DNA of 64,000 nucleotides from Ginsengibacter sp. (lineage in GTDB: Bacteria; Bacteroidota; Bacteroidia; Chitinophagales; Chitinophagaceae): positions 51,472 through 115,471 of the forward strand of contig JBQCEG010000083.1 of NCBI GenBank assembly GCA_051960475.1, given 5' to 3'. The position numbers and the translations under genes are program-made. The notes beneath the pieces were generated by a model. That model saw nothing but the letters and a program-made list of their open reading frames with translations, was not told the DNA's origin and did no database searches. Every line of letters begins with the position of its first letter. Position 1 is the stretch's first letter. Shown here in pieces: positions 46,857 through 56,814 of this stretch.

Positions 46857-47873
46857 ATGGCAGCAAATTCCCCGGATAAATTATCAGAAAAACTAAAAGC
46901 TTTAAAACTTACCATTGATAAAATAGATAAAGATTACGGAAAAGGAAGTGTGATGATGATGAATGAGCGTTCGCAGGAACCTCATGAAACAATTTCCACC
47001 GGGTCGATTGGCCTTGATGTGGCGCTCGGAATTGGGGGACTTCCAAAAGGCAGAGTTGTAGAAATCTACGGACCGGAATCTTCAGGTAAAACCACATTAG
47101 CAATTCATGTAATTGCAGAAGCTCAAAAAAAAGGTGGAATGTGTGCCATCATCGATGCTGAACATGCATTTGATAATACTTATGCAAGAAAACTTGGAGT
47201 AAACGTCGATAACTTATTGATCAGTCAACCGGATTATGGAGAGCAAGGATTGGAAATTGCTGACCGGCTGATACTTTCCGGTGCTTTGGATGTTGTAGTA
47301 ATTGATTCTGTGGCCGCGTTGGTTCCGAAGGGAGAATTGGAAGGAGAAATGGGAGATAGTAAAATGGGTTTGCAGGCCAGATTGATGAGCCAGGCCATGA
47401 GAAAACTCACAGCGACCATCAGCAAAACAAATTGTTGTTGCATTTTTATTAACCAGTTGCGGGATAAGATTGGTGTTATGTTTGGAAATCCTGAAACAAC
47501 AACCGGTGGAAACGCATTGAAATTTTATTCTTCTGTAAGATTAGATATCCGCAGGATGGCGCAGATTAAAGATGGCGATCAATCTGTGGGAAATCGTGTA
47601 AAGGTCAAAGTAGTAAAAAATAAAATGGCGCCTCCATTTAAAGTGGCGGAGTTTGATATCATATTTGGCGGGGGTATTTCTAAAGTTGGTGAAATAATTG
47701 ACATGGGTGTAGATTTGGGTATAATTCAAAAAAGCGGAAGCTGGTTTAGTTACGATACCACCAAATTAGGGCAGGGAAGAGAAGCAGTAAAACAACTTTT
47801 TATTGATAATCCTGATTTGGCAAATGAAATTGAATCAAAAATAAGAGCTAAGATCGCCGAAGGCGTTGTATAA
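46857..47873 (+). CDS. recA: recombinase RecA
   Basis: [14 protein letters not shown] (Walker A), [16 protein letters not shown]. 338 aa. Confidence 0.95.
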   Translation: MAANSPDKLSEKLKALKLTIDKIDKDYGKGSVMMMNERSQEPHETISTGSIGLDVALGIGGLPKGRVVEIYGPESSGKTTLAIHVIAEAQKKGGMCAIIDAEHAFDNTYARKLGVNVDNLLISQPDYGEQGLEIADRLILSGALDVVVIDSVAALVPKGELEGEMGDSKMGLQARLMSQAMRKLTATISKTNCCCIFINQLRDKIGVMFGNPETTTGGNALKFYSSVRLDIRRMAQIKDGDQSVGNRVKVKVVKNKMAPPFKVAEFDIIFGGGISKVGEIIDMGVDLGIIQKSGSWFSYDTTKLGQGREAVKQLFIDNPDLANEIESKIRAKIAEGVV

Positions 47874-47905
47874 ATTTTTCTTTTTTTGTTATCAAGTAGT
47901 ATAAT

Positions 47906-47933
47906 GCCTGTCTGAAAGGACAGGTATTTTTTT
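47906..47933 (+). terminator. intrinsic terminator after recA
   Basis: CCTGTC-TGAAAG-GACAGG followed by TATTTTTTT. Confidence 0.7.
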
Positions 47934-47968
47934 AAAGGGAAAAAATTTCCGGTAAAAACGTTTGTTTA

Positions 47969-48979
47969 CTATAAACCAAACTGCCTGCTTATCTCCAACA
48001 TCCGCTCAATTGGCCTTTTCGAAGCCTCCATTAATTCAGGATCCATTATTATTTCCGGAGCCTCGTATTCCATACACAGATACAACTTTTCAAGTGTGTT
48101 TAACTTCATGTAAGGACATTCATTACAAGCGCAGGAATTATCAGGAGGCGCAGGAATAAAAGTCTTCAATGGCGATTTGATTTGCATCTGGTGAATAATA
48201 CCGGGCTCGGTAGCCACTATAAATTCTGTTGACGGGTTTTCAAAAGTGTATTTCAATAAACCGCTTGTGCTGGCAATAAAATCTGCTTCTTTCAAAACCA
48301 CTTCTTCACATTCCGGATGAGCAATCACCTTTGCATTTGGATGGCGCATCTTAAGTTTAGTAATCTTTTCCTGGCTGAACAATTCATGCACAATACAGGA
48401 TCCATTCCACAAAACCATGTCCCTTCCCGTTTTTTTGATCAAATACGCTCCCAAATTTTTATCCGGTGCAAAAATGATCTTTTGCTCTTTTGGCAAACTG
48501 TTGATAATGGCTTCTGCATTGGATGAAGTGCAGATGATATCACTCAATGCCTTAATTTCTGCAGAACAATTGATGTAACTGATCACAAGATGGTCCGGAT
48601 ATTTTTCCTTAAACTCTTTGAAAGCATCTGCAGGAGCTGAATCGGCAAGTGAGCAACCGGCCTTCAGGTCGGGCAATAAGACCTTCTTGGTTGGATTAAG
48701 GATTTTTGCTGTTTCGGCCATGAAGTGAACACCAGCAAAAACGATAATATCAGCCGTGGTTCCTTCAGCTTTTTGAGCAAGAGCAAGGCTGTCACCAATA
48801 AAATCAGCAACATCCTGGATATCCGGTTCCTGGTAATAGTGAGCAAGTATGATGGCATTTTTTTCAATTTTTAAGCGTTCTATTTCGGAGAAGAGGTCCA
48901 AGTTAGCATCAATCTCCAAATCAAGAAAACCTTTTTTTTCTAAATTTTTTTTTGCCGCTTCAATGTTGATATCTGCCAT
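47969..48979 (-). CDS. nadA: quinolinate synthase
   Basis: [18 protein letters not shown] and three-domain Cys pattern (INCSAE, AHPEC, CPYMK). 336 aa. Confidence 0.9.
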   Translation of the reverse strand: MADINIEAAKKNLEKKGFLDLEIDANLDLFSEIERLKIEKNAIILAHYYQEPDIQDVADFIGDSLALAQKAEGTTADIIVFAGVHFMAETAKILNPTKKVLLPDLKAGCSLADSAPADAFKEFKEKYPDHLVISYINCSAEIKALSDIICTSSNAEAIINSLPKEQKIIFAPDKNLGAYLIKKTGRDMVLWNGSCIVHELFSQEKITKLKMRHPNAKVIAHPECEEVVLKEADFIASTSGLLKYTFENPSTEFIVATEPGIIHQMQIKSPLKTFIPAPPDNSCACNECPYMKLNTLEKLYLCMEYEAPEIIMDPELMEASKRPIERMLEISRQFGL

Positions 48980-49030
48980 AGTATTTATTATTAATACCCT
49001 TTTTATTTAAAGGCCTATTACTATTATGAG

Positions 49031-49460
49031 TGTGGATTTGTGGATAGATTCCATTTTTTATTTGATGCAAAATTAAATTATCCTTCTTATCCACATCAAT
49101 CCCCATGTTTTTAACAATAGACTATTTAACCTTCTGCGCATTTTACTTAATTTTTTAACAGCCTGTTGATAAAAACGGGCGTTGAAAAAAACATAACACT
49201 TTTTAAAAATACTTTTGTGAATTTGGATTGGAAAAAATGTTGTTTCTTCCTCCTTCTATCATCAATTGTGGAAAATCGAAGCGAGTTATTAAAAGTTATT
49301 CCACTCATGAATTTCCGGAAAAGGGGTTTTCCCACAGGAAAAATAATTTTTTCACACCCTATTGTTGAAAAGTAATTTTCTGTTTTCAGAAAGATGATTT
49401 TTTAAAATTGGGTGAATTATTAAAATCACGGCCAGTACTGTTTTCGGTAGGTTATCCACA
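49031..49460. promoter_or_regulatory. cluster of DnaA-box 9-mers around an AT-rich core
   Basis: Perfect TTATCCACA at 49087..49095 and 49452..49460. One-mismatch boxes at 49039..49047 (TGTGGATAG) and 49267..49275 (TGTGGAAAA). Two-mismatch boxes at 49031..49039, 49328..49336 and 49348..49356. Confidence 0.6.
49068..49075 (-). promoter_or_regulatory. -7 promoter box TAATTTTG (minus strand) for nadA
   Basis: TAnnTTTG match about 90 nt upstream of the nadA ATG (48979). Confidence 0.35.
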
Positions 49461-49525
49461 GTTTGTTCCTATTTTATTTTACACTATTTTTGCCGCCTCA
49501 TTTCAAATTTAAGAGTAAATACAAT

Positions 49526-51667
49526 ATGTCAATCATTCAGACTATCCGTGAAAAAGGAGCTGTGATCGTAATCGCGCTTATTGCAATAAGCCTTATCAGT
49601 TTTATTTTGATGGATTCAATGAGCAGCCGTCGCGGTGGTTCGTTATTCGGTAATAATAATACTACAACCGTTGGTGTAGTAAACGGACAAAAAATTAATA
49701 TTAATACTTTCAACGACCGGGTAAAGGAGGTGGAACAACAATATGGAAATGCCGGTTCTTCTCAAAACAACCAGATCATGGAATCCGTGTGGAACCAAAT
49801 GGTTGGTGAAAAAGTTGTAGAAGATCAATTTGATAAACTGGGCATCACTTTTACTCCCGAAGAAATGAGTTCTATCATGTTCAGCGACCAGGCACCTCCA
49901 CAATTAAAACAAGCTTTCACTGATAAACAAACGGGTGAATATGATATTGCACAGGCGCAACAATGGTGGGCTCAAATAAAGAAAGATCAAAATGAGCAGC
50001 AGCGAAATGCAGTGATTTCACAGATAATTGATCCGATGCGCTTAAATGCTCTTTATTCTAAATACACTTCCATGATTGCCGGAAGTATGTATCAACCAAA
50101 ATGGCTTTTGAAAGAAAAAAGCCAGGAAAAAAACCAGTTTGCGAAAATTTCTTATGTAGCCATTCCATATACTGTTGTAAGTGATAGTTCGGTTAAAGTG
50201 ACAGATGCGGATATCGAATCTTACCTTAACGAACACAAAAATGAATTCAAACAAGAACCGGGCGTAATGCTTTCTTATGTTTCTTTTAATGCAGCAGCAA
50301 ACGCACAAGACAGCGCAAAAATTTTTAAATCACTTGAAGATTTAAAACCTCAATTTGCCGCCGATTCAAATGCTAAATTTTTCCTGGGAAGAAATTCATC
50401 TGCCATTCCTTATTCCGATGCTTATATTCCTCAGTCACAAATTCAATCATCTAAAAAAGATTCAATTATTGCTTTGCCAAACGGAGGTGTTATAGGACCT
50501 TATGAAGACAATGGGAATTATGTTTTGGCAAAAAAGATTGACACAAAAGTTTTACCGGACTCCATAAAATGCCGTCACATTTTATTAGGAACAATTAATC
50601 CGCAAACACAACAACCTTTGATGGATGATTCCACTGCGCACAGGTTAGCTGATAGTATTGCGACTGCTATTAAGAACGGCGCCAACTTCGATTCTTTAGA
50701 TATAAAATATTCAACTGACGAAGCCGCCAAACAACAAAACGGCGTAATGACATTTGATTTACAAACCATCCAAAGCGATAATTTTGCAAAACCATTTGGT
50801 GATTTTCTTTTAAACGACAAAGGAGAAACAAAGAAGGTTGTGAAAACACAATTTGGCTGGCATTACATCGAAATTCTTGATAAGAAAAATTATCAGCCGA
50901 GTTACAAGATCGCTTACATGGCCAAAGAAATTGCACCAAGCGACGAAACAATCAACAATGCAAATACAGAGGCTATCAAATTATCAGGCTACGCGAAAGA
51001 TCAAAAATCATTCAATGATTATGTAGCAAAGAATGGATTGAAAAAAGTGGATGTTCCAACTGAAATTAAAGAAAATGATTACCAGGTTGGTCAGCTTAAT
51101 GATGCAAGACCGGTTGTGAGATGGGCGTTTGATGCAAAAGAAGGACAAGTTTCTGATCCGTTTTCAATCGGCGACCAGTTTGTGGTTGCAATTGTTGACA
51201 AACGTTTGAAGAAAGGACTTGCTGATGTGAGCCTTGTTCGCCCGCAGGTTGAACCAATTCTCATCAACAAAAAGAAAGCGGATATTATTTCAAAAAAACT
51301 GAATAATCCTATAACACTTGAAGCCGCCGCTGCTGCTTATAATGTACAAGTTCAAACTACAGGCGAAGATTCAACCCTCACTTTTAATGCGCCAATAATA
51401 AATGGCATTGGCCAGGAACCCAAAGTTGAAGGAGCTGTTTTTAACAAAACTTACCAAACAAAAGTTTCTCCGCCAATTGCCGGAAACTCAGGTGTTTTTG
51501 TAATTAAAGTAAATGGCGTTTTTACTAAAGAACCGGTAAATCAGGAACTGGAGAAACTGCAGGCAAATGATGAATTGAACAAGAACGTTCAATCTACCTT
51601 AAGCTCCTCTTTCCAGGAATTGAAAAACACAGCAGAAATTAAAGATTACAGGAGCCGTTTCTTCTAA
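49526..51667 (+). CDS. ppiD: membrane-anchored peptidyl-prolyl isomerase / periplasmic chaperone (PpiD-like, parvulin domain)
   Basis: The track ORF starts at TTG 49463. ATG 49526 gives MSIIQTIREKGAVIVIALIAISLISFILM (typical PpiD N-terminal anchor). Parvulin motif CRHILL...FGWHYIEI. Confidence 0.85.
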   Translation: MSIIQTIREKGAVIVIALIAISLISFILMDSMSSRRGGSLFGNNNTTTVGVVNGQKININTFNDRVKEVEQQYGNAGSSQNNQIMESVWNQMVGEKVVEDQFDKLGITFTPEEMSSIMFSDQAPPQLKQAFTDKQTGEYDIAQAQQWWAQIKKDQNEQQRNAVISQIIDPMRLNALYSKYTSMIAGSMYQPKWLLKEKSQEKNQFAKISYVAIPYTVVSDSSVKVTDADIESYLNEHKNEFKQEPGVMLSYVSFNAAANAQDSAKIFKSLEDLKPQFAADSNAKFFLGRNSSAIPYSDAYIPQSQIQSSKKDSIIALPNGGVIGPYEDNGNYVLAKKIDTKVLPDSIKCRHILLGTINPQTQQPLMDDSTAHRLADSIATAIKNGANFDSLDIKYSTDEAAKQQNGVMTFDLQTIQSDNFAKPFGDFLLNDKGETKKVVKTQFGWHYIEILDKKNYQPSYKIAYMAKEIAPSDETINNANTEAIKLSGYAKDQKSFNDYVAKNGLKKVDVPTEIKENDYQVGQLNDARPVVRWAFDAKEGQVSDPFSIGDQFVVAIVDKRLKKGLADVSLVRPQVEPILINKKKADIISKKLNNPITLEAAAAAYNVQVQTTGEDSTLTFNAPIINGIGQEPKVEGAVFNKTYQTKVSPPIAGNSGVFVIKVNGVFTKEPVNQELEKLQANDELNKNVQSTLSSSFQELKNTAEIKDYRSRFF

Positions 51668-51688
51668 CGTTTGTTTATAAGGTATTCT

Positions 51689-51721
51689 GAAAGCCACCTT
51701 CGAAGGGTGGCTTTCTTTTTA
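51689..51721 (+). terminator. intrinsic terminator after ppiD
   Basis: GAAAGCCACC-TTCGAAG-GGTGGCTTTC perfect 10-bp stem followed by TTTTT. Confidence 0.8.
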
Positions 51722-51778
51722 AATCTATGTTTACAAAAGGCCATTTACGTATTTTGTAACTTTACACAAACAGAAACA

Positions 51779-52285
51779 ATGGAAGAAGAAATTGTAAATA
51801 AAGTTGCGCAGAGCGCATTAATAATCCTTGATCCGGCAGATTTTTATCCCAAAGAAGAAATTGCAGTTTTTGATTTGAAGGATTACCTTTTTATGGAACA
51901 AATCTTAAAGGAAAAAGATTACCGCGAAGCATTGAAGAATTTCGATTGGAATGTTTATGCAAATAAAACGGTTGGCATCGCTTGTTCAGTTGATGCCATC
52001 ATTCCGCTGTGGGCTTATATGTTAGCTGTTTCCTATCTTCAGCCAGTGGCTAAGGAAATATTTTTTGGAAACAAGGATGAAGTTTTGTCCAAATTGTTTT
52101 TAAAAAATATACAGCAAATCAAGTCCGGAGATTTTTTAGATAAAAGAGTGGTCCTAAAAGGTTGTGGCGATAAAAAAATTCCTGAAGAAGTTTTTGTTGA
52201 GCTTACAAAAATGCTCAGACCTGTTGTAAAAAGTATAATGTTTGGTGAGCCTTGCAGTACCGTTCCTGTTTTCAAGAGGAAATAA
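51779..52285 (+). CDS. DUF2480-like conserved Bacteroidota protein
   Basis: The track ORF start at 51671 lies across the ppiD terminator, so ATG 51779 (MEEEIVNKVAQS) is preferred. The family call is from memory of its length and the C-terminal GEPCSTVPVFKR pattern. Confidence 0.5.
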   Translation: MEEEIVNKVAQSALIILDPADFYPKEEIAVFDLKDYLFMEQILKEKDYREALKNFDWNVYANKTVGIACSVDAIIPLWAYMLAVSYLQPVAKEIFFGNKDEVLSKLFLKNIQQIKSGDFLDKRVVLKGCGDKKIPEEVFVELTKMLRPVVKSIMFGEPCSTVPVFKRK

Positions 52286-52319
52286 AAACTTTTGACGTTT
52301 CTTCGTTTACTGGTAACCG

Positions 52320-53798
52320 TTACTTTTCAACCCAGACAGAAACAGAACCAGCATTACACAGGAATTTTCCCCATCCATCCTTATTGATCTTTACTTCATC
52401 TTTTCTTTTTTGTAAAAGATCAATGAAGGTTTTACCGGCGTACCGTTTTCCCATTTCCATATCTTTAAATCCATCATCACCATTTGACATCAATACAGCA
52501 CAACCGCTGTGATGTTCATCTCCTTCCCTTATCCAGCCCACGCAATTCTTGTGATCAAAGTAATCGCGCGTGTTTCCGTGGGCATTCTCGCGCCTTGCTT
52601 TCATCAACATTTCAAGCTCCTCTACCTTTTCAAGCCATATTTCATATTCCTTTCCATCTTCACCTGTGTCTTTGTAATGGGCTCCATAAATATCTGCATA
52701 GAAAATACAAGGATAGCCTTCAAGACGCAGAAGAATAAGTGAATAAGCAAGTGCTTTAAACCATGACTCTACAGGCGCTTCCAAAGATTGCAGGGGCTGT
52801 GTGTCGTGATTATCAACAATTGTTACTGCTTTCTCCGGACGGGCTTTCAGGAGTGTATTGTCAAAAATTTTCCGCATGTCATATTTCCTTCCGGAAACCG
52901 ATGCATCATGAAAATTATTTTGAAGACAGCAATCAAACAAACTCATTCCGTGATTCGTTTCTTCGATATATTTCAACAACAGATCTAAAGAATGGGGTGT
53001 CCAATATTCACCAACCGTAAAGATTTCCTGGCCTGTATGTTCACGCAATTTTTCTAACCATTCTTTATAAAAAGAAGCAGGGATATGCTTTACCGCATCG
53101 AGACGAACACCATCAAAATTGCGTTCAAACCAATACCATTTTCCCCAATCAATCAAATGTTGCTTCACAGCGGGATTTCTAAATTCCACATCATTGTACA
53201 TCAGGTAATCAAAATTTCCCTTTTCATCGGAAAGCATTTCCTGCCATGAATCTCCATATTCATTGAGTATCTTAAAGATTGCTTTTTCACCTGTATCACT
53301 TGCATAATCAACACCTGTGAAGCACATATAATTCCATTCGAAATCAGTGTATTTTTTGTTTCTTCCGGGGAAAGTAAATTTTGTAAAAGCATCAATTTCC
53401 ATCTCTTCGGAAATAAATTTATTTCTATCCTCTGGATCCACTTTTCTCACTTTTATCCGCTCGCATTCATCTCCGCCGGATTTGTGATTTAACACAATAT
53501 CCACTATTACCTGCATTCCATTTTCATGAACAGCATCAATGGCTGCAAAATATTCTTCCCGTGTTCCATATTTTGTTCTTACTGAACCTTTTTGATCAAA
53601 TTCTCCCAAATCGTAAAGATCATATGGATTATAGCCTTCACTGTAAGCTCCGTTTGATCCTTTATAAGCCGGGGGAAACCAAATGGAAGTAAATCCAATT
53701 TCTTTTAGCCGGGGTGCCTCTTCTTTTATTTGTTTCCAAAGACTTCCATCGTGGGGCATATACCAATGGAAGTATTGCAGCATTGTACCTTGAGGCAT
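52320..53798 (-). CDS. alpha-amylase, GH13 (cytoplasmic AmyA/Bacillus-type)
   Basis: GTMLQYFHWY start, DIVLNHK (region I), GVRLDAVKH (II), GEYW (III), IVDNHD (IV). No signal peptide. Confidence 0.9.
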   Translation of the reverse strand: MPQGTMLQYFHWYMPHDGSLWKQIKEEAPRLKEIGFTSIWFPPAYKGSNGAYSEGYNPYDLYDLGEFDQKGSVRTKYGTREEYFAAIDAVHENGMQVIVDIVLNHKSGGDECERIKVRKVDPEDRNKFISEEMEIDAFTKFTFPGRNKKYTDFEWNYMCFTGVDYASDTGEKAIFKILNEYGDSWQEMLSDEKGNFDYLMYNDVEFRNPAVKQHLIDWGKWYWFERNFDGVRLDAVKHIPASFYKEWLEKLREHTGQEIFTVGEYWTPHSLDLLLKYIEETNHGMSLFDCCLQNNFHDASVSGRKYDMRKIFDNTLLKARPEKAVTIVDNHDTQPLQSLEAPVESWFKALAYSLILLRLEGYPCIFYADIYGAHYKDTGEDGKEYEIWLEKVEELEMLMKARRENAHGNTRDYFDHKNCVGWIREGDEHHSGCAVLMSNGDDGFKDMEMGKRYAGKTFIDLLQKRKDEVKINKDGWGKFLCNAGSVSVWVEK

Positions 53799-53857
53799 TT
53801 TCTTTTTTTAACACCACTTCAAATCACGTACCGAAGTATCAAAAGCCGAAAAACTTT

Positions 53858-55057
53858 TTAAAGTGATGAGTTTTCGAATACGGGTTCAAAATCTTTTGAG
53901 GTAAAACCTTCAGGATAAGTGTTTGTAAGGATTGAAGATGCGGCTATTCTTCCAAGTGCGTCGCTGCTCATTGCTGCGTAACCATTTCCGCCTGCTGCAA
54001 TGTAAACTCCTTTGTTATCGATGGGGCCGATGTAAGGGCGGCCATGTGGGGTGTAACAAACAATGCATCTTTTTTCAAAACAATCCTCTATTAAAAGTTT
54101 GGGAATCAAAGCTTGCAGAGCATTCTGTAAAACAGGAATATTATCGACCCCACTTCCATTCTTAAACCATTTTTGAACTTCTGCGAGATCCTTGAAATAA
54201 ATGTCCGAAGGAATGTTAGCGCCCATTTTTAAATAATAATTCCCATCAGGATACAAAACCGGTTGTATCAAATAAATATCCTGGATTTCCGGTTCTTCGA
54301 CTTTATACAATAATGTTGGAAGCGCCGATAAACGCTTTGCCTCTGCTTCGTTTACCTTTGCCCAAATCGTTGTTTCACTTTTTAATTTTAAAACAACTTT
54401 TCTATTCAGGAGATTAAAGAAATTGGTAAATGATCCGGCGGAAAGCAACACTATTTTCGAATAAAAAATTTCATCATTGATGCAAGTGATTTTTATCAAA
54501 TCGTCCTCATAAGAAACATCCCTGACTGTTTTATTAAAAATTTGCCCACCATTTTTTTCAAACACTTTTTGCTGCGCTTTAATTAATAACCTTGGATTAA
54601 TATGACCGCTTGGTGGCGGTTCATAAATTGCTTTGTAAGAAGAGGGAAAATCAAAATCAGAGCTAAAAGTTTTTAAATCATCAACCGTTTCAAAGATTTT
54701 ATATTCAACATTGAACTTGCCTGCTTGTTCTTTATAATGCTTCAAATAAGAATCGGCATCAGTGCCAGGAATAACAATTAAACAACCTTCTGTTGTATGA
54801 AATATTATTTCTGATTCCTTCTCAAGAGAAGCATATTCGAGCGCTGATTGTTGATTTAACCTCGTTGTTATTTCATCTTTGCCAACAATTCGTTGCACTC
54901 TTGCCTGGTCATAATGACTTGCAAAAACAATTTTTTCTTTTGATGTGGTTTCTTCGTCAGGGCCGATCAGTGCTACGTTTTCACTCGAACGACTTATATA
55001 TTTGGCGGCAGCAGAACCGATAAGGCCCCGGCCAATAATAATTGTGTTGTAAATCAT
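53858..55057 (-). CDS. FAD-dependent oxidoreductase (DAO/sarcosine oxidase-like)
   Basis: IIIGRGLIGSAAAKY dinucleotide fold. 399 aa. C-terminal AAGGNGYAAMSS. Confidence 0.8.
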   Translation of the reverse strand: MIYNTIIIGRGLIGSAAAKYISRSSENVALIGPDEETTSKEKIVFASHYDQARVQRIVGKDEITTRLNQQSALEYASLEKESEIIFHTTEGCLIVIPGTDADSYLKHYKEQAGKFNVEYKIFETVDDLKTFSSDFDFPSSYKAIYEPPPSGHINPRLLIKAQQKVFEKNGGQIFNKTVRDVSYEDDLIKITCINDEIFYSKIVLLSAGSFTNFFNLLNRKVVLKLKSETTIWAKVNEAEAKRLSALPTLLYKVEEPEIQDIYLIQPVLYPDGNYYLKMGANIPSDIYFKDLAEVQKWFKNGSGVDNIPVLQNALQALIPKLLIEDCFEKRCIVCYTPHGRPYIGPIDNKGVYIAAGGNGYAAMSSDALGRIAASSILTNTYPEGFTSKDFEPVFENSSL

Positions 55058-55085
55058 TTTTCAATTTACTGCTTTTTTGAGGAGG

Positions 55086-55401
55086 TTAATAAAGCTTCAC
55101 CTTAACGCCGAATTTTCCATTGAAGTACTCTTTCATTTTAATTACATATTTTGATTCTTCTGTCAACCAAAAAATTGCAAAGGCGTCTTTTGAATAATCA
55201 ATTTTTAATAAACAGGAGTTCACGTTTGTCTCTTCGTTCAACTGCAAATCTTTCTTCCAGAGACTTCATAACGCTGAGGCGTAGACTCTTTTCCTGGTGG
55301 ATCAAAAAAGCAATATCAAATTTTGTTCTAGGCCCGCTGATGTTACCGTTTATTAAATCAGTAGCTGAGCCGCTTGATCCTTCTTCCTGCAGCAGAATCA
55401 T
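55086..55401 (-). pseudogene. possible frameshifted remnant of a ~105-codon gene
   Basis: Two coding-looking minus-strand fragments in different frames overlap at 55198..55265. The first is 55401..55198 (MILLQEEG...LSVMKSLEERF..., track ORF). The second is 55265..55086 (SLWKKDLQLNEETNVNSCLLKIDYSKDAFAIFWLTEESKYVIKMKEYFNGKFGVKVKLY*). No family recognised. Confidence 0.3.
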
Positions 55402-55939
55402 TTATTAATTCTTCCAACCGCTTTAATTTCGTTTCTTCTCTTTTTACGGTCATTATCCCATATATTGCAGTTCGTTGGTAAGACGGCGGCATGCTGCTAA
55501 AAAATTTCCACGCTTTTTTATTCGCCCTGAATTTTTTTTCAAATTCCGCAGAAAGTGAAACCGGATCATTTTCATAAGAATAGATTCTCGATTTCTTTTC
55601 TTTTCTTTTTTTGAATGCTTCAATGCCGCTAGGATGCATTAATTGCTTTGCAGAAAGTACTTCGACCTTTTTAATATTAATGGCACTCCAGGTACTTCCG
55701 GGTTTTCGTGGCGTAAACCGAATGCAATAACGTTGCTCATCGATGGATCGCCTCACTCCATCGATCCAGCCAAAACAAATTGCCTGATCAACTGATTCGC
55801 TCCACGTTATACTCGGCTTGTTGCTGTTGATTTTGTAAAATCCTACAAGCAACTCAGTTTCTTTCGTATTATTTTCTAAAAGCCATTGCCTGAATTCTAT
55901 TGCTGTTTCAAAGTAAAGCGCTTTTAATGGGCCAGCCAT
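55358..55939 (-). CDS. YdeI/OmpD-associated family protein
   Basis: ELLVGFYK...ITWSESVDQAICFGWIDGVRRSIDEQRYCIRFTPRKPGSTWS and a C-terminal PPSYQRTAIYGI pattern typical of the family. Confidence 0.75.
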   Translation of the reverse strand: MAGPLKALYFETAIEFRQWLLENNTKETELLVGFYKINSNKPSITWSESVDQAICFGWIDGVRRSIDEQRYCIRFTPRKPGSTWSAINIKKVEVLSAKQLMHPSGIEAFKKRKEKKSRIYSYENDPVSLSAEFEKKFRANKKAWKFFSSMPPSYQRTAIYGIMTVKREETKLKRLEELINDSAAGRRIKRLSY

Positions 55940-56075
55940 TTCGGTTTTGTTTTGAACAAAGATAAATTTCTTCGCTTCTTTCGAATTGCAGTGAACAAAT
56001 AAAAAATCTAAATTTTTATTTTAGATAAAAACGGCGTTTGGTTTGACTTTTGAAGTATCCAGGAAAAAGATAAAC

Positions 56076-56807
56076 ATGCCGGAAGGACCATCGATCGTAA
56101 TATTGAAAGAAGAAGTGGAGCCTTTTAAGGGGAAAAAGGTTATAAAAGTTGAAGGCAACAGCAAGCTGGATATTCAAAGATGCTCAGGCAAAAAAATAGT
56201 TGATTTCAAAAGTTGGGGCAAACATTTTTTGATCTGTTTTAATGATTTTACGGTTCGCATTCACTTTATGTTATTTGGCAGTTACCGCATAAACGAACGG
56301 AAAGAATCGCCGCCCAGGTTAAGATTGATCTTTAAAGATGGAGAATTAAATTTCTATGCTTGTTCTGTAAAATTTATTGAAGAAGATTTGGATGAGGTTT
56401 ATGATTGGTCTGCCGATGTAATGAATCCTGTTTGGGATCCAAAAGCAGCAAAAAAGAAATTAAAAGAACACCCGGAAATGTTGGTTTGTGATGCCTTACT
56501 TGATCATCATATTTTTTCTGGTGTGGGGAATATCATTAAAAACGAAGTGCTTTATAAAACGCATATTCACCCCGAAACAAAGTTGAAAGATTTGCCTCAA
56601 CCAAAGTTAAACCAACTGATAAAAGAGGCGCATGATTACAGTTTCCAGTTTTTGGATTGGAAGAAGCAATTTGTATTGAAAAAACACTGGCTTGCACACA
56701 CGAAAAAAATTTGTTCCGAATGTAATTCTGAATTGACGAAAAAGCATCTTGGCAAAACCAATCGGAGGAGTTTTTTCTGTACGAATTGCCAAACTTTATA
56801 TGAATAG
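56076..56807 (+). CDS. nei: Fpg/Nei-family DNA glycosylase (endonuclease VIII-like)
   Basis: The family requires an N-terminal Met-Pro. ATG 56076 gives MPEGPSIVILKEE (the track start at 56043 is upstream). H2TH region GVGNIIKNEVLY. C-terminal zinc finger CSECNS...CTNCQ. Confidence 0.85.
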   Translation: MPEGPSIVILKEEVEPFKGKKVIKVEGNSKLDIQRCSGKKIVDFKSWGKHFLICFNDFTVRIHFMLFGSYRINERKESPPRLRLIFKDGELNFYACSVKFIEEDLDEVYDWSADVMNPVWDPKAAKKKLKEHPEMLVCDALLDHHIFSGVGNIIKNEVLYKTHIHPETKLKDLPQPKLNQLIKEAHDYSFQFLDWKKQFVLKKHWLAHTKKICSECNSELTKKHLGKTNRRSFFCTNCQTLYE

Positions 56808-56814
56808 AAATTTC

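Noticed and set aside
48980-49070. Possible NAD+ (nadA-motif) riboswitch in the nadA leader.
   Set aside because: I cannot recognise the conserved tandem-domain features of that class in the ~90-nt leader, and as far as I recall the class is restricted to another phylum. An Infernal search would be needed.
49147-49375. ORFs 49147..49335(-) and 49166..49375(+) inside the nadA/ppiD spacer.
   Set aside because: They overlap each other on opposite strands in the most AT-rich part of the spacer. Their composition is K/F/N-rich with no motif. The region is better explained as non-coding (DnaA boxes and promoters).
56006-56026. Inverted repeat ATCTAAA-N7-TTTAGAT in the ydeI/nei divergent spacer, considered as an operator.
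   Set aside because: A pure A/T 7-bp palindrome in an AT-rich promoter region is likely by chance, and no regulator gene is adjacent.
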